Counted from the first letter of the whole stretch, positions 29,312-40,913 are shown. The stretch: DNA of 62,967 nucleotides, filler included, from 5 parts of 5 records of this genome joined end to end with filler, not necessarily neighbours in it, one strand, 5' to 3'. The notes: generated from the sequence alone by a model not told the origin. Numbers and translations: made by a program.

Positions 29312-29339
29312 CATGCCTCGGGCCAGCAAAGGACCGTGA

Positions 29340-30545
29340 ATGACAATGGGACCGAAAGTTCTACCCGCCGACGCCAAACCCCGCACCCGCGCTGTCCACG
29401 GCGGCACCCGCCGCAGCCAGTATGGTGAGGTGAGCGAGGCGATCTTCCTGACACAGGGCTTCGTCTATGACAGCGCCGAACAGGCCGAGGCGCGGTTCAT
29501 CGACTCGGGCGATGACGAGTTCATTTATGCCCGCTACGGCAACCCCACCGTGCGCATGTTCGAGGAAAGGATTGCCGCGCTTGAAGGCACCGAAGACGCC
29601 TTTGCAACCGCCAGCGGCATGGCCGCCGTCAGCGGCGCGCTGACCTCGATGCTGAAGGCGGGCGATCATGTGGTATCCGCCAAGGCGCTGTTCGGATCGT
29701 GTCTTTACATCCTGGAAGAGGTGCTGACCCGGTTCGGCGTCGAGGTCAGCTTTGTCGACGGCACCGATCTGAACGCGTGGAAAGCGGCAATCCGGCCCGA
29801 TACCAAGGCGGTTTTCTTCGAATCCATGTCGAACCCGACGCTTGAGGTGATCGACATCCGTGGGGTTTCCGATCTGGCCCATGCGGTCGGGGCGCTGGTC
29901 ATCGTGGACAACGTCTTCGCCACGCCGGTCCTGCAACGATCCGGCGATCTGGGGGCGGATGTGATCGTCTATTCCGCCACCAAGCATATCGACGGGCAGG
30001 GGCGCTGTCTGGGTGGCGTCATCTGCGGCACCCGCCAATTCATCCGCAAGGTGGTGGAGCCTTACCTGAAGCATACCGGTGGCTCGCTGTCGCCGTTCAA
30101 CGCCTGGGTGATGCTGAAGGCGCTGGAAACCATGGATCTGCGGGTGCGCGCGCAGGCCGATGGCGCCTTCAAGATCGCCAGAGCCCTGCATGGCCAGCCC
30201 GGCCTGACCCGCGTTATTCATCCGTTCCTGCCCGACCACCCGCAGCAGAATCTTGCCCATGCGCAGATGGAGGCCGGGGGAACGATGATCTCGTTGGAGG
30301 TTGAGGGCGGCAAACCGGCGGCGTTCAAACTGCTCAACGCGTTGCAGATTATCGTGATCTCCAACAATCTGGGCGACGCCAAGTCGATCGTGACCCATCC
30401 TGCCACCACCACTCACCAAAGGCTGACGCCCGAACAGCGCGCCGCGCTCGGGATTTCGGACGGGCTGTTGCGTCTGTCGGTCGGGCTGGAAGATCCGTCA
30501 GATCTGATTGCCGATCTCGAACAGGCGCTTAGCGCAGCCCGATGA
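29340..30545 (+). CDS. metZ: O-succinylhomoserine sulfhydrylase
   Basis: YARYGNPT, SGMAA, DNVF, YSATKH (PLP lysine) and NLGD; SAM riboswitch upstream. Confidence 0.94.
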   Translation: MTMGPKVLPADAKPRTRAVHGGTRRSQYGEVSEAIFLTQGFVYDSAEQAEARFIDSGDDEFIYARYGNPTVRMFEERIAALEGTEDAFATASGMAAVSGALTSMLKAGDHVVSAKALFGSCLYILEEVLTRFGVEVSFVDGTDLNAWKAAIRPDTKAVFFESMSNPTLEVIDIRGVSDLAHAVGALVIVDNVFATPVLQRSGDLGADVIVYSATKHIDGQGRCLGGVICGTRQFIRKVVEPYLKHTGGSLSPFNAWVMLKALETMDLRVRAQADGAFKIARALHGQPGLTRVIHPFLPDHPQQNLAHAQMEAGGTMISLEVEGGKPAAFKLLNALQIIVISNNLGDAKSIVTHPATTTHQRLTPEQRAALGISDGLLRLSVGLEDPSDLIADLEQALSAAR

Positions 30546-31039
30546 CCGAGATCACCATTCACCGCTTTCGGGCGGGGGAGGGGGACCTGCTTGGGCAGCT
30601 CTTTCACCGATCCGTGCATGAGGGTGCTGCCCGCGCCTATGATGCCGCGCAGCGCGCTGCCTGGAGCCCCGCGCCCCCACACGGCCCAGACTGGGAGAAC
30701 CGGCTGGCGGCTGCCATCACGCTGGTGGCCTGGGCCGGGCGGGAACCCGTCGGCTTCATGACGCTTGTCCCGGAAACCGGCTATCTCGACCTGGCCTTTG
30801 TCGCGCCCGAGATGCAGGGGCAGGGGGTGGCGGCGATGCTCTATGGCCTGCTGGAACGCTGCGCGCGGCGGCGGGGCATTGACCGGCTGACCACCGATGC
30901 CAGCGAATTGGCGCGGCGGTTCTTCCTGAAGCAAGGTTGGCAGGATGGCCCGAAGCAACGTGTGGAGCGCCACGGCGTCGCCTTGCACAATTACCCCATG
31001 GCAAAACCGCTGAAACCTGCGCTAGAACGGGCGGCATGA
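30542..31039 (+). CDS. GNAT family N-acetyltransferase (YafP-like)
   Basis: V.PE.QGQGVA and AS..AR.FF...GW. Confidence 0.9.
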   Translation: MTEITIHRFRAGEGDLLGQLFHRSVHEGAARAYDAAQRAAWSPAPPHGPDWENRLAAAITLVAWAGREPVGFMTLVPETGYLDLAFVAPEMQGQGVAAMLYGLLERCARRRGIDRLTTDASELARRFFLKQGWQDGPKQRVERHGVALHNYPMAKPLKPALERAA

Positions 31040-31776
31040 AACCGTTTCTGATCCTGCAACTGCGCCCCGAGGATGAAGCCGCCGATGAGGAATTTCAAAG
31101 CTTCCTTACCAAGGGCGGGCTGTCCAAAGATGAGGTTCACCGCATCCGGCTCGACCAGCGCGACCTGCCCGGTGGGCTGGTGCTGGCCGATTATTCCGGG
31201 GTGATCGTGGGTGGTGGCCCCGGTTGTGTGTCGGACGCGCCAGAGGAAAAGACCCCGCAGGAAGCCAAGATCGAGGCAGAGATTCTGGGGCTGATGCCCC
31301 GGATCACCGAGGGCGATATCCCGTTCATGGGATGCTGCTATGGGCTTGGTATTCTGGCCCATCATCTGGGCGGCGAGGTCAGCAAGGCGCGCTATGGCGA
31401 GGCGATCGGCGGGGTCGATTGCACCCTGTCCGAGGATGGCGCAACTGATGCGCTGTTTGACGGTCTGCCCCGAACCTTCCGCGCCTTGGTGGGCCACAAG
31501 GAAGCGGTGCAGGATCTGCCCCCCGGCGCGGTGCATCTGGCTGCGGCTGAGAGCTGCCCGTTTCAGATGATCCGCTACGGGCAGAACGTCTATGCCACCC
31601 AGTTTCACCCCGAGGCCGATGGTGAAAGCTTTGCCACGCGCATTCGTATCTACAGTGGCAAGGGCTATTTCCAACCGCATGAGGCGGCGGATCTGACGGC
31701 GGCCTGTCTTGCCGAGGAGATCACGGTGCCGGAACGGGTGCTGAAGAATTTCGTCAGCCGGTATCGAACGGGCTGA
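31036..31776 (+). CDS. Class I glutamine amidotransferase
   Basis: GCCYG nucleophile and QFHPE catalytic His/Glu. Confidence 0.9.
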   Translation: MKPFLILQLRPEDEAADEEFQSFLTKGGLSKDEVHRIRLDQRDLPGGLVLADYSGVIVGGGPGCVSDAPEEKTPQEAKIEAEILGLMPRITEGDIPFMGCCYGLGILAHHLGGEVSKARYGEAIGGVDCTLSEDGATDALFDGLPRTFRALVGHKEAVQDLPPGAVHLAAAESCPFQMIRYGQNVYATQFHPEADGESFATRIRIYSGKGYFQPHEAADLTAACLAEEITVPERVLKNFVSRYRTG

Positions 31777-31888
31777 ACTTGGCGCGGGGAAAAGCTCATG
31801 CAAGAGCTTTGCAATTTTCTTGCAAGAAAACTCTCGCGCGCCTGTCCTACCTGTCGCTCCTTAAACAGAAAGCACGCAGGAGCCGTTC

Positions 31889-32377
31889 ATGAACCCCACA
31901 GGCCCCCATTCTGCCCGCATCGGGCATATCGTGTTTCTGCTGACGCTTGTCGGCAAGGGGGTGCTCGGGCTGATCCAGATTGCCACCGCCATCGCCATCT
32001 TCAGCGGTGCCGCGGCTTACCTGCCTGATATCGTCGCCTGGCTGGTCCGCGCGGAACTGGCAGAGGATCCGACCGATATCATCGCCTCGCGCTTTGTCGC
32101 TCTGGCCTCGGACGCGCCAGCTTCGCGGACCGGGTTCTATGCGCTCTACTTTCTGGCGCATGGCCTGCTGCATATCGGTGTTGTGATTGCGCTGCTTCGG
32201 GGATCGGGATGGGCCTACCCGGCTGCCATCGCGGTGCTTGCGGGTTTTGTCATCTATCAGGGTGTGGAATGGGCAATCTCCGGCGGCACGATGTTGCTGG
32301 TGCTTAGCGCCATCGACCTGCTGGTGATTTACCTGACCTGGCGGGAATGGGTCTGGCGGCACAAATCGGCCCAATAG
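31889..32377 (+). CDS. DUF2127-like membrane protein
   Basis: ELAEDP.D, Y.LAHG, WAYP, FVIYQ and YLTWRE. Confidence 0.75.
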   Translation: MNPTGPHSARIGHIVFLLTLVGKGVLGLIQIATAIAIFSGAAAYLPDIVAWLVRAELAEDPTDIIASRFVALASDAPASRTGFYALYFLAHGLLHIGVVIALLRGSGWAYPAAIAVLAGFVIYQGVEWAISGGTMLLVLSAIDLLVIYLTWREWVWRHKSAQ

Positions 32378-32503
32378 GGCGGGCGCAGGCGTTTTTCAGA
32401 TCCAACCGGTCGCTCGGGGCGTATGCAGTCCATGTGAATGGGTTGGAAACTGACGCCTCCTGCCCCATATTGGCACACTCTCTGACACGGGAAAGGCAAC
32501 GGG

Positions 32504-32911
32504 ATGAACCTCCGGATCAAGGACAGCGGCATCGCGCCGGGCAATGACGAGGCGGAACAGGCGCTTGCGGTTCTGCGGGCCTGGGCACGTTCGGCTTCTG
32601 AGGATGAGCTTTCAGCGCTTGACCCGTCCGTGTCCGGCCTGCTGCGCAATGCCCCGGATTACCCGGTTTTCAACCGAGACTATCCTCGGGATTTCACCGT
32701 CGATGCTGAGTACAAGGCGGGCTTGCCTGATCTGCAAAACGGTCCTGCCTCTTTGATCAAGGGCCAAAAGCGGGTGATCCAGCATGTTGGCATTTCCAAT
32801 TTCCGCCTGCCGATCCGCTATCATACCCGCGACGATGGCGCTCTGACGCTGGAAACCTCGGTCACCGGAACCGTCAGCCTGGAGGCCGAGAAAAAGGGCA
32901 TCAACATGTCC
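32504..32911 (+). CDS. folE2: GTP cyclohydrolase FolE2, 5' part
   Basis: LPDLQN, HVGI and KKGINMS motifs. Confidence 0.9.
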
Positions 32912-33011
32912 NNNNNNNNNNNNNNNNNNNNNNNNNNNNNNNNNNNNNNNNNNNNTTAATTAATTAANNNNNNNNNNNNNNNNNNNNNNNNNNNNNNNNN
33001 NNNNNNNNNNN
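32912..33011. other. Artificial contig linker
   Basis: N-run/TTAATTAATTAA/N-run. Confidence 0.99.
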
Positions 33012-36000
33012 GGTGCGTGCTTCGACGCGCCGTGCTACCTGGCCGTGCGCGGGGTCAACAACCTGGGCAAGTTCGCCACGCTGGCGGACGCCACGCTGTC
33101 GCCGCCGAGCAACGACGTGCCCGACCCCGTGGCGCCGGTGGTGTACTCGGACTCGCCCACCGACCTGGTGGTGTTCAACCCCTACGAGGGGCAGAGCGTG
33201 CGCGTGGAGGTGATCGACCTGGTCACCCTGGAGCCCGTGGGCACGCCCATCCGCCACACGCGCTTCTCCACGCCCATCGACCACGACCAGTGGACCGCGC
33301 GCGTGCTGGGCACCCGCGCCGTGCGCCTGTGGGGCATGGACGAGGCCATCATCAACGGCACCGGCGGCGTGCGCATCGGCAACCTGCAGCCCGTCAGCGA
33401 CTACGAGGTGCGCTGCCACCTCGTGCAGGAGGGAGGGGCAGCCAGCGGCGGCGGCGGCGGCGGCGGCGAGGACGGAGAGGCCGCCGAGGACGACGACGTC
33501 GAGACCATCACGCGGCGCGTCATGACGGCCAACTTCATCGCCCCCGTGCCCACGTTCGCGGAGCCCATGCCGCTCGGGGTGGTCAAGACCGGCGGGCTGA
33601 TCCCGCACGACGTCGAGTCGATCAGCGACGCCAACTTTGCGGTGGTCATGCTGGACGAGCGCGAGATCTCGTACGCGACGACGTTCACCACGGCCAAGGA
33701 CACGTTCGGGTCGGGCGGGCGCACGCTGGGGTCGGGCGGGTCGGAGGCTGACTACCGCGAGGAGATGGCCGAGCTGGCGGCCGAGGCCGCGTACGCGGCG
33801 GCGTCGGCGGGGGAGAGCGCCGGCGGGCTCGAGTGCGACCACGCCAACATCACCGTGCGCGGCGGGTACAGCTCGATCATGCTGGACTTCCCGCGGCTGT
33901 TCGGCGGCGCGCCGCTGTGCAAGCTGCGCGTGCTGCTGCGGCAGCCGGGGACGAGCAACATCGTGTTCTCGGCGGTGGAGAGCCACCCGCAGACGAGCAA
34001 CGACGACGCGGTGGTGGAGTTCGAGGCGGGGGGGCTGCAGAACAACCGCCAGTACGACCTGGAGGTGATGTACGCCAGCTGCCTGCAGGACGCGACCGTG
34101 TGCGAGCGCACGGCCACGGGCAAGGTGTCCACGTCGGGCGGGCTCAAGGAGGTGGACCCGCTGGTGGAGCCCGCCGTGCTGGCCAAGGGCAGCACCATGA
34201 CGTGCGTGCGCCCCATGGCGCCGCTGCCCACCAACATCGACCTGCTGCGCATCGGGTACGAGGACACGTACTTCCGCGACCCCATCATCCTGCTGGAGCA
34301 CCGGAAGGACGACCAGCGCCGCTACAACCAGTCGATGGGCACGGACGGCGTCTGCGCGCACAACATGCGCCCCGGCACGCGCTACCGCTTCGTGGTGATG
34401 ATGCGCGAGGAGGTGGAGAACCGCACCACGCGCCTGCGCCAGGACAACGACAAGTACGTGGAGCAGTGCGTGTGGCTGACGACCAACAAGGACCTCGACG
34501 CGTCGCGCAAGAACGCCGAGCCGCACTGGTTCTACGTCGACCACTCGTCCGTGTACATCCGCCTGCCCGAGGACGAGCGCGTGGTCAACTACACCATCGC
34601 GCGCGTCGACTACGAGGCGGACGGCGTCACCATGACGGGCTTCCCCCAGCTGTACCACGGCCTGGGGTACCCCAACGAGTACGGCCCGTTCTACCGCGTC
34701 GCCGCGCTGCTGCAGATGACCAACTACACGTTCAAGGTGGAGGCCGAGTACGAGGGCGGCGGCGCGTCGCGCGTGTGGCTGTTCAGCGTCACCACCGACT
34801 CGATGTTCCTGCACTGCACCGCGGGGCGGCCCACGGACGACATGATCCCCGAGTTCGTGCCCGGGCCCTTGGCCACCCCCTACGACGCCTGGGTCGCGGG
34901 CAAGACGTTCCTCGACCTCAAGTTCCGCGAGTCGGAGACGGTGCGCACGTTCGGCTCGCGCTACTCGCTGACCTACGACCTGGACGTCGCCAACCTCGAG
35001 TACGACTCGCTCAAGGAGGACGAGCTCGGCTTCGTGCCCTTCATCCACTACGTCAAGTTCAACATGCCCTCCCCGCGCGCGGAGGGGCGCATCGTCCGCA
35101 TGCGCTCGGGCACGCCCGGCTACAACTACCGCGTCCGCATCCGCGTCAGCAACGTGTGGGGCGAGACCAGCGCCCCGGGCCTGCGCCGCGTCTTCACCAC
35201 CGCCTCGGACGTGCCCGAGCAGTGCCCCGAGCTCAAGGTCGAGGACGTGGGCATCCGCGACATGGTGGTCACCTGGGGCCCCGTGGGCTGCCCCGTCTCG
35301 GTGGTGCCGCCCCCCGTCACCACGTCGTACTGCAACGGCAACGAGACCATCGAGTACGTGCTGGAGATCTCCCCGGGGCCCACCCGCGACACGGACGTCT
35401 ACCCCTCGGACTTTCTCGTGGGAGGGAACAGCAACAACAACAACGGCAACAACAATGGCAATGGAGGACCCACCACCCTGCAGGGCGTGACGGCGCCGTT
35501 CGTGGAGGTGTACCGCGGCGACCAGCTCGGGGCGGCGGTGGTGGACCTCGTCCCCAGCGTCAACTACACGCTGCGGGTGCGGGCGCGGAACGCGCAGGGC
35601 TACTCGGCGGCGCTGGTCAAGAAGACGCGCGACAACCAGCCCATCCGCACGCTGACCACGTTCCCCGAGCAGGTGACGGGCCTGCGCAACTCGACGTTCC
35701 TCTCGGAGGAGGTGACGATCCACTGGAACAAGCCGCGCCACAACGGCGTGTTCATCATGTTCTACAACGTGTTCATGCGCGCGTGCCCCGACCCGGCCAA
35801 CTGCACGGGCGGGTGGGAGCTGGCGTGCTCGCGCGCGGTGGACACGCGGTGCACCGTGTACAACCTGACGGCGGGCGACCACTGGGAGTTCCGCGTGTCG
35901 GCGACCAACTGCAAGGGCAGCACGGACATGTTCGACGACTTTTACTGGGTGACCATGCGCAACCGCCTGCTCATCCGCACGCACCCCGCCGCGCCCTCGC

Positions 36001-39000
36001 AGCCGTTCGAGCTGGAGGCCAAGTCGCGCACCGCCGACTCGCTGGAGCTGCAGTTCTCGGCGGGCGACCGCGACAACGGCGAGCCCGTGCAGTTCTACGC
36101 CGTGGAGTGCGACGCCGGCGCGTACTGCCTGTCGTCCACCATCCCCGCGTTCCCCCTGGAGGGCGTGACGTACACGCTGGGCAAGCCGGACCAGGAGCGC
36201 TGCGCCATGGTGGACGGGGAGCAGGTGTGCGAGAAGCCGTGCTACCGCACGTGGGCCGACCAGTGCGCGGGCGGGTGGAGGAACGGCACGTACGTGCTCG
36301 ACGGCGAGTGCGCGGGCAACATGACGCTGTCCGGGCAGCCGGTGGACGTGACGCCGCCGGGCATCCCCATCGCCTACCGCGCGGCCATCTACGGCGAGGG
36401 GTCGATGGCCAAGTTCCAGCAGGTGATCTTCTGCGGCACGTACCCGGGCGCCATGCCCATCATCCCCGAGGTGCAGTTCGACCGCTTCACCCCGGAGCAG
36501 CTCAAGAAGCGCATCGGCGACCCGGACGTCTCCGCCATGGCGGACACGTTCAAGATCGAGGACGCCAAGATCGCGTTCCTGCGCTCCGAGCTCAAGAAGC
36601 GCGTGTGCCTCAGCAGCGGCAAGACGATCAGCACGATGGTGGGCGACCTGCGCCCCGCCAACACGTACCGCTGCCGCGCCATCGCGTTCAACAAGGAGGG
36701 CTACTCGATGTACTCGCGCAGCGCCGACCCGTTCGCGTTCAACAAGGGGCTGCAGTACGGCCTGTTCGACTACTTCCGCACCGCCGACGCCGCCCCCGAG
36801 GGCGTGACGGGCGCGGAGGTCCACGACCCGCACTTTGAGTGGGCGCCCTGGAACCAGCACGCGGTGGACAACTCGGCCTACTTTGTGGGCAAGCTGATGA
36901 CCGAGGCCGACTTCCCCGCCGTCGCCGAGCCCGAGGCCCAGTTCAGCGCGCTGGGCAACCCCGACCGCGTGCGCGTGCGCTTCGACTGGGACCACCCCGG
37001 CGGGTCGCAGGGCGAGAACGGCCAGCCCGTGGTGCGGTTCGTGGTGTCGCGCGAGCAGAAGGCGCGCGACCGCTCGTCGTCGGGCCGCAGGCTCAAGGAC
37101 GAGGAGAAGTCGCCCGCCGTCTCGGCCGCGGGCAGCCCGCCCGCGTACATGGTGCTGCCCGTCGAGGACGCCTGCACCGTCACCGAGGACGGCCGCCCGC
37201 ACCGGTGCGAGTTCACGGACGACATGCTGTTCCCCGACACCGAGTACGAGTACACGGTCAACGGGATGAGCGCCGCGGGCGAGTCCCCCACCGAGACGCT
37301 GGCGGTCAAGACCACGCACGGCCACCCCGCGCGCCCGCTGTGCGGCGAGGGCGAGGTGTACAGCCGGCGCTTCGAGGTGTCGTGCGTCACGGGCGACGAC
37401 TGGGGCTCGCTGGTCAAGGAGGTGACGTACCAGATCACGTCGGAGCTGGGCGGCGACGCGATCGTGGCGCACCCCGTGCCGGGCTGCATGAACGCGGCGG
37501 GCGGCGTCGACGTGGACCCGTCCAACCCCTCGTGCACGCACTCGATGATCACCAACCTCGAGACCGCCACCACGTACACGATCGTGGGGTGGGCCACCAA
37601 CGAGGTGGGCGACTCGCAGGTGTCCACCAAGCTGGAGGTCACCACGCTGGCGGGCCGCCCCAAGCCGCCGGGCAAGCCGGTCAACGCGCTGCGCGCGCTC
37701 AAGGCGCCGCCGACCGCCGAGGCGGGGCGCGAGCTGCAGACCGCCGTGTCGCCCACGTCGCGGCGCTTCGCGGTCCAGTACACCACCCCCGAGAGCCGCG
37801 GCGCGGACCTGACGTACTGCAACGTGCGCGTGCGCGGCATGTGGTTCGGCTCGGAGGCGTTCAACAACCCCGTGGTCCGGTGCGAGGAGGGCGTCGAGGA
37901 CGTGCCCGAGTTCCACCGCGACCGGTTCGTCGACGAGGACGGCAACGTGCTGCCCGAGGCGGACGACGCCAACCGCGAGCTGCTGGAGGCGGGCTGCTGG
38001 GTGGAGGAGCGCGTGTACCGCTCGTCCGTGGACTTTACGTTCCAGCAGTTCAAGGACCTCGACGGCGGGCTGCAGGACCTGGCGCTCGACCGCTGGGGCG
38101 TGTTCGGCGACGACCGCGCCGTCGCCAAGGACAGCGCCGTGGCCGACGAGGAGCGGCTCGCGCTGCTTCAGTCGTACGGCGGCATGGAGACGTCCAGCGC
38201 GTCGATCGACCCGCTGTTCTCGTTCAACACCACCAACCAGTTCGCGTTCGGGCCCTCGGGCGGCAACAAGTGGATCGCGCAGAACGCGCTGCGGCACTTT
38301 ACGCTGCCCATGGTGCACAACGCCGAGGCGCGGCCGTACGACGCCAGCGGCACGCCGCTCGGCACGCGGGGCAGGTTCGACCCCAACAACCCGCACCTGT
38401 TCGCGTCCACCACCTACCAGGTGGCGGTCAGCTGCGCCAACCTGTGCGACCACGAGCAGCTGATGGAGGAGGAGAACATGGTGCGCCAGGAGAACGGCGA
38501 GGCGCCGCTCGACACGTCCATCGGCTACCGGTTCTGCGAGTCCGAGTACAGCCCGCCCACGCTGGTGGTCTCCAAGGCGGACCCGCCCGAGCAGCCCGCC
38601 GTGCCGGTCAGGGTGGACGCCACGGACGTCAGCATCGCCGTGCGCTACCTGATGCCCAAGCCCATGAAGGACCCCATCCTGAACTGGACGCTGGCCATCG
38701 AGTGCGTGAGCGGGTGGTGCCCCGAGCTGATGTGCGCCAGCATCGACGCCACGGGAACCCAGTACGCGGGCGCCATGTGCTCGGTCGCGTCGCTGCAGCC
38801 GGGCTACTGCCGCGGCGCGTGCGTCGAGCCGCGCGCCTTCCGCATCCCGCACTGCACGAGCAAGAAGTGCGCCACCAAGGACGACTCGCCCGAGGTGTTC
38901 GAGGAGCTCTGCGACGCGCGCCAGGTGCAGTGCAGCGAGGGCCTGGACAAGATCGACATGCACATGATGCAGGGGCAGTGCGCGCAGGACACGCAGGCCA

Positions 39001-39245
39001 ACCGCCAGATGGTCAAGAGCCTCTGCTGCGACTGGGAGTACCGCCTCGCGCACTCGTTCGAGGAGTGCTACGACTTTGGCAACTCGTTCGTGTGCACCGA
39101 GTGCGAGGTGGGCCCACCGTACGGGATCAAGGAGCTCGTGGTGGACGCGGGGATGGTGGTGAGCCCGGACGCCGCCGCGCTCGAGTCGTGCGCCGAGGAC
39201 TGCGACAACCACTTCCGGTCCGGCGCGGGCGCGGGGTCGTGCTGC
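33012..39245 (+). CDS. Internal fragment (over 2000 aa) of a giant multi-fibronectin-type-III, Cys-rich extracellular protein, probably eukaryotic
   Basis: Open across the whole contig; repeated Y.vRV.A.N..G strands (YRVRIRVSNVWG, YTLRVRARNAQG, YRCRAIAFNKEG, YTIVGWATNEVG); many NxS/T sequons; third positions almost all G/C. Confidence 0.85.
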
Positions 39246-39345
39246 NNNNNNNNNNNNNNNNNNNNNNNNNNNNNNNNNNNNNNNNNNNNTTAATTAATTA
39301 ANNNNNNNNNNNNNNNNNNNNNNNNNNNNNNNNNNNNNNNNNNNN
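39246..39345. other. Artificial contig linker
   Basis: N-run/TTAATTAATTAA/N-run. Confidence 0.99.
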
Positions 39346-39807
39346 CATGGCGGGGAAGTTGAACGGCGTGATGCCGGCCACCACGCCCAGCGGCTGGCGC
39401 ATGGAATAGACGTCGATGCCGGGGCCTGCGCCCTCGGTATATTCGCCCTTCTGCAGGTGAGGAATGCCGCAGGCGAACTCGACGACGTCAATTCCGCGCT
39501 GCACGTCGCCACGCGAGTCGGCGACCACTTTGCCATGCTCGGAAGAGAGCAGTTCGGCCAGTTCGTTGATGTTCGCTTCCAGCAGGCGCTTGAATTCGAA
39601 CATCACGCGGGCCCGGCGCTGCGGGTTCATCACCGACCAGGCCGGGAAGGCGTCGGCGGCGTTCGCAACGGCGGCATCCAGCTCGCCCTCCGTCGCCAGT
39701 GCGACGCGGGCCTGCACCTCGCCGGTGTTCGGATTGTAGATGTCGCCGAACCGGCCGGACGTGCCGGTGACGCTTTTACCGCCGATGAAATGATGCACTT
39801 CGCGCAT
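39346..39807 (-). CDS. mmsA: CoA-acylating methylmalonate-semialdehyde dehydrogenase, 5' part
   Basis: EHGK...D..GD..RG..VVEFACG and GITPFNFPAM. Confidence 0.92.
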
Positions 39808-39932
39808 GATGAGCTCCCTCGAACTTTTGCGGGAATAAATCCCTGACTTTGACGGGACCGTAAAGCGCGCGTAATTTCCGGTAAATGGACAATATCGCAG
39901 CTGCCAGCTGCGTATTTGCAGGTGAAAAGCCA

Positions 39933-40826
39933 ATGAACTGGGACGATCTCCGGCTGCTCCTCGATGTCAGCCGCCATCCGCGCCTTGCCGATGTCGCCGC
40001 GCGCACCGGTCTCGACGCGACGACGATCAGCCGGCGGCTGCGCAGGCTCGAAACGGACCTCGGCCTGGAACTGTTCGAACGCACGCCTAAGGGCCATCTG
40101 CTCACCCCCGCCGGGCAAGCCGTCGCCGACAAGGCCGAGGGGCTGGAACACTCCGCCGCCGAGATCGCGGGCCTGTCGGAAACCGAAGGCCCGCTCGCCG
40201 CCGGCCGCGTGCGCCTCGGCGTCACCGAGGGCCTCGGCAGCCTGCTGATCGCCCCGGCCATGGCCCGCTTCGCCGCGCAGGCCCCGCATATCGGGCTCGA
40301 CATCATCGCCGTGTCGGGCTTCGTCTCGGTGCCCAAGCGGGAAGCCGACATGTCGATCATGCTGACGCGGCCCAAGACCGGGCGCCTCAAGGTGCGGAAA
40401 CTGTCGGACTATGTGCTGCAGCTCTACGCCCACCCGGACTATCTCGCCCGTACGCGCCCAGTGGCTGCTGTCGCCGACCTCGCCGAGCATGACCTGATCG
40501 GATACGTCGACGACCTGATCTATTCCTCGCAGCTGCGCTATCATGAAGACATCATGCCGGGCCTGACGCCCCGCTTCTGCAGCCCGTCCATCGTCGCCCA
40601 GTGGCAGATGGCGCGGGAAGGCGCCGGCATCGCCGTGCTGCCACACTTTATCGCCGGAAATGACCCACAGCTGACCTCCGTGCTGCCGGGGGCCGTGCGG
40701 ATCGAGCGCGCCTTCTGGCTGGCCGTGCATGAAGACGTCCACGCCACCAGCCGTGCACGGGCCGTGAATGCTTTCCTCGATGAGCTCTTCGCCAGCTCGA
40801 CTGACCGCCTCATCGGCTCCGCCTGA
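39933..40826 (+). CDS. LysR family regulator divergent from mmsA
   Basis: MNWDDL HTH, LFER...G..LT..G and a substrate-binding domain; CTGC-N6-GCAG dyad at 39908-39921. Confidence 0.94.
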   Translation: MNWDDLRLLLDVSRHPRLADVAARTGLDATTISRRLRRLETDLGLELFERTPKGHLLTPAGQAVADKAEGLEHSAAEIAGLSETEGPLAAGRVRLGVTEGLGSLLIAPAMARFAAQAPHIGLDIIAVSGFVSVPKREADMSIMLTRPKTGRLKVRKLSDYVLQLYAHPDYLARTRPVAAVADLAEHDLIGYVDDLIYSSQLRYHEDIMPGLTPRFCSPSIVAQWQMAREGAGIAVLPHFIAGNDPQLTSVLPGAVRIERAFWLAVHEDVHATSRARAVNAFLDELFASSTDRLIGSA

Positions 40827-40913
40827 GCCCCCACCTCCTGTCGGGGGAGGAGACACCGCTGCGGGGGATCAGCGACTGGAGGTGAGAGCCAGGCGGGTCT
40901 TCCGGGAGGAAGC

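Noticed and set aside
32964-39212. 2082-aa antisense ORF and long alternative-frame ORFs (33833-36838, 36839-39301)
   Set aside because: Shadow frames produced by extreme GC3 bias. They are Arg/Ala/His-rich with no motifs, while the + frame gives coherent FN3 modules.
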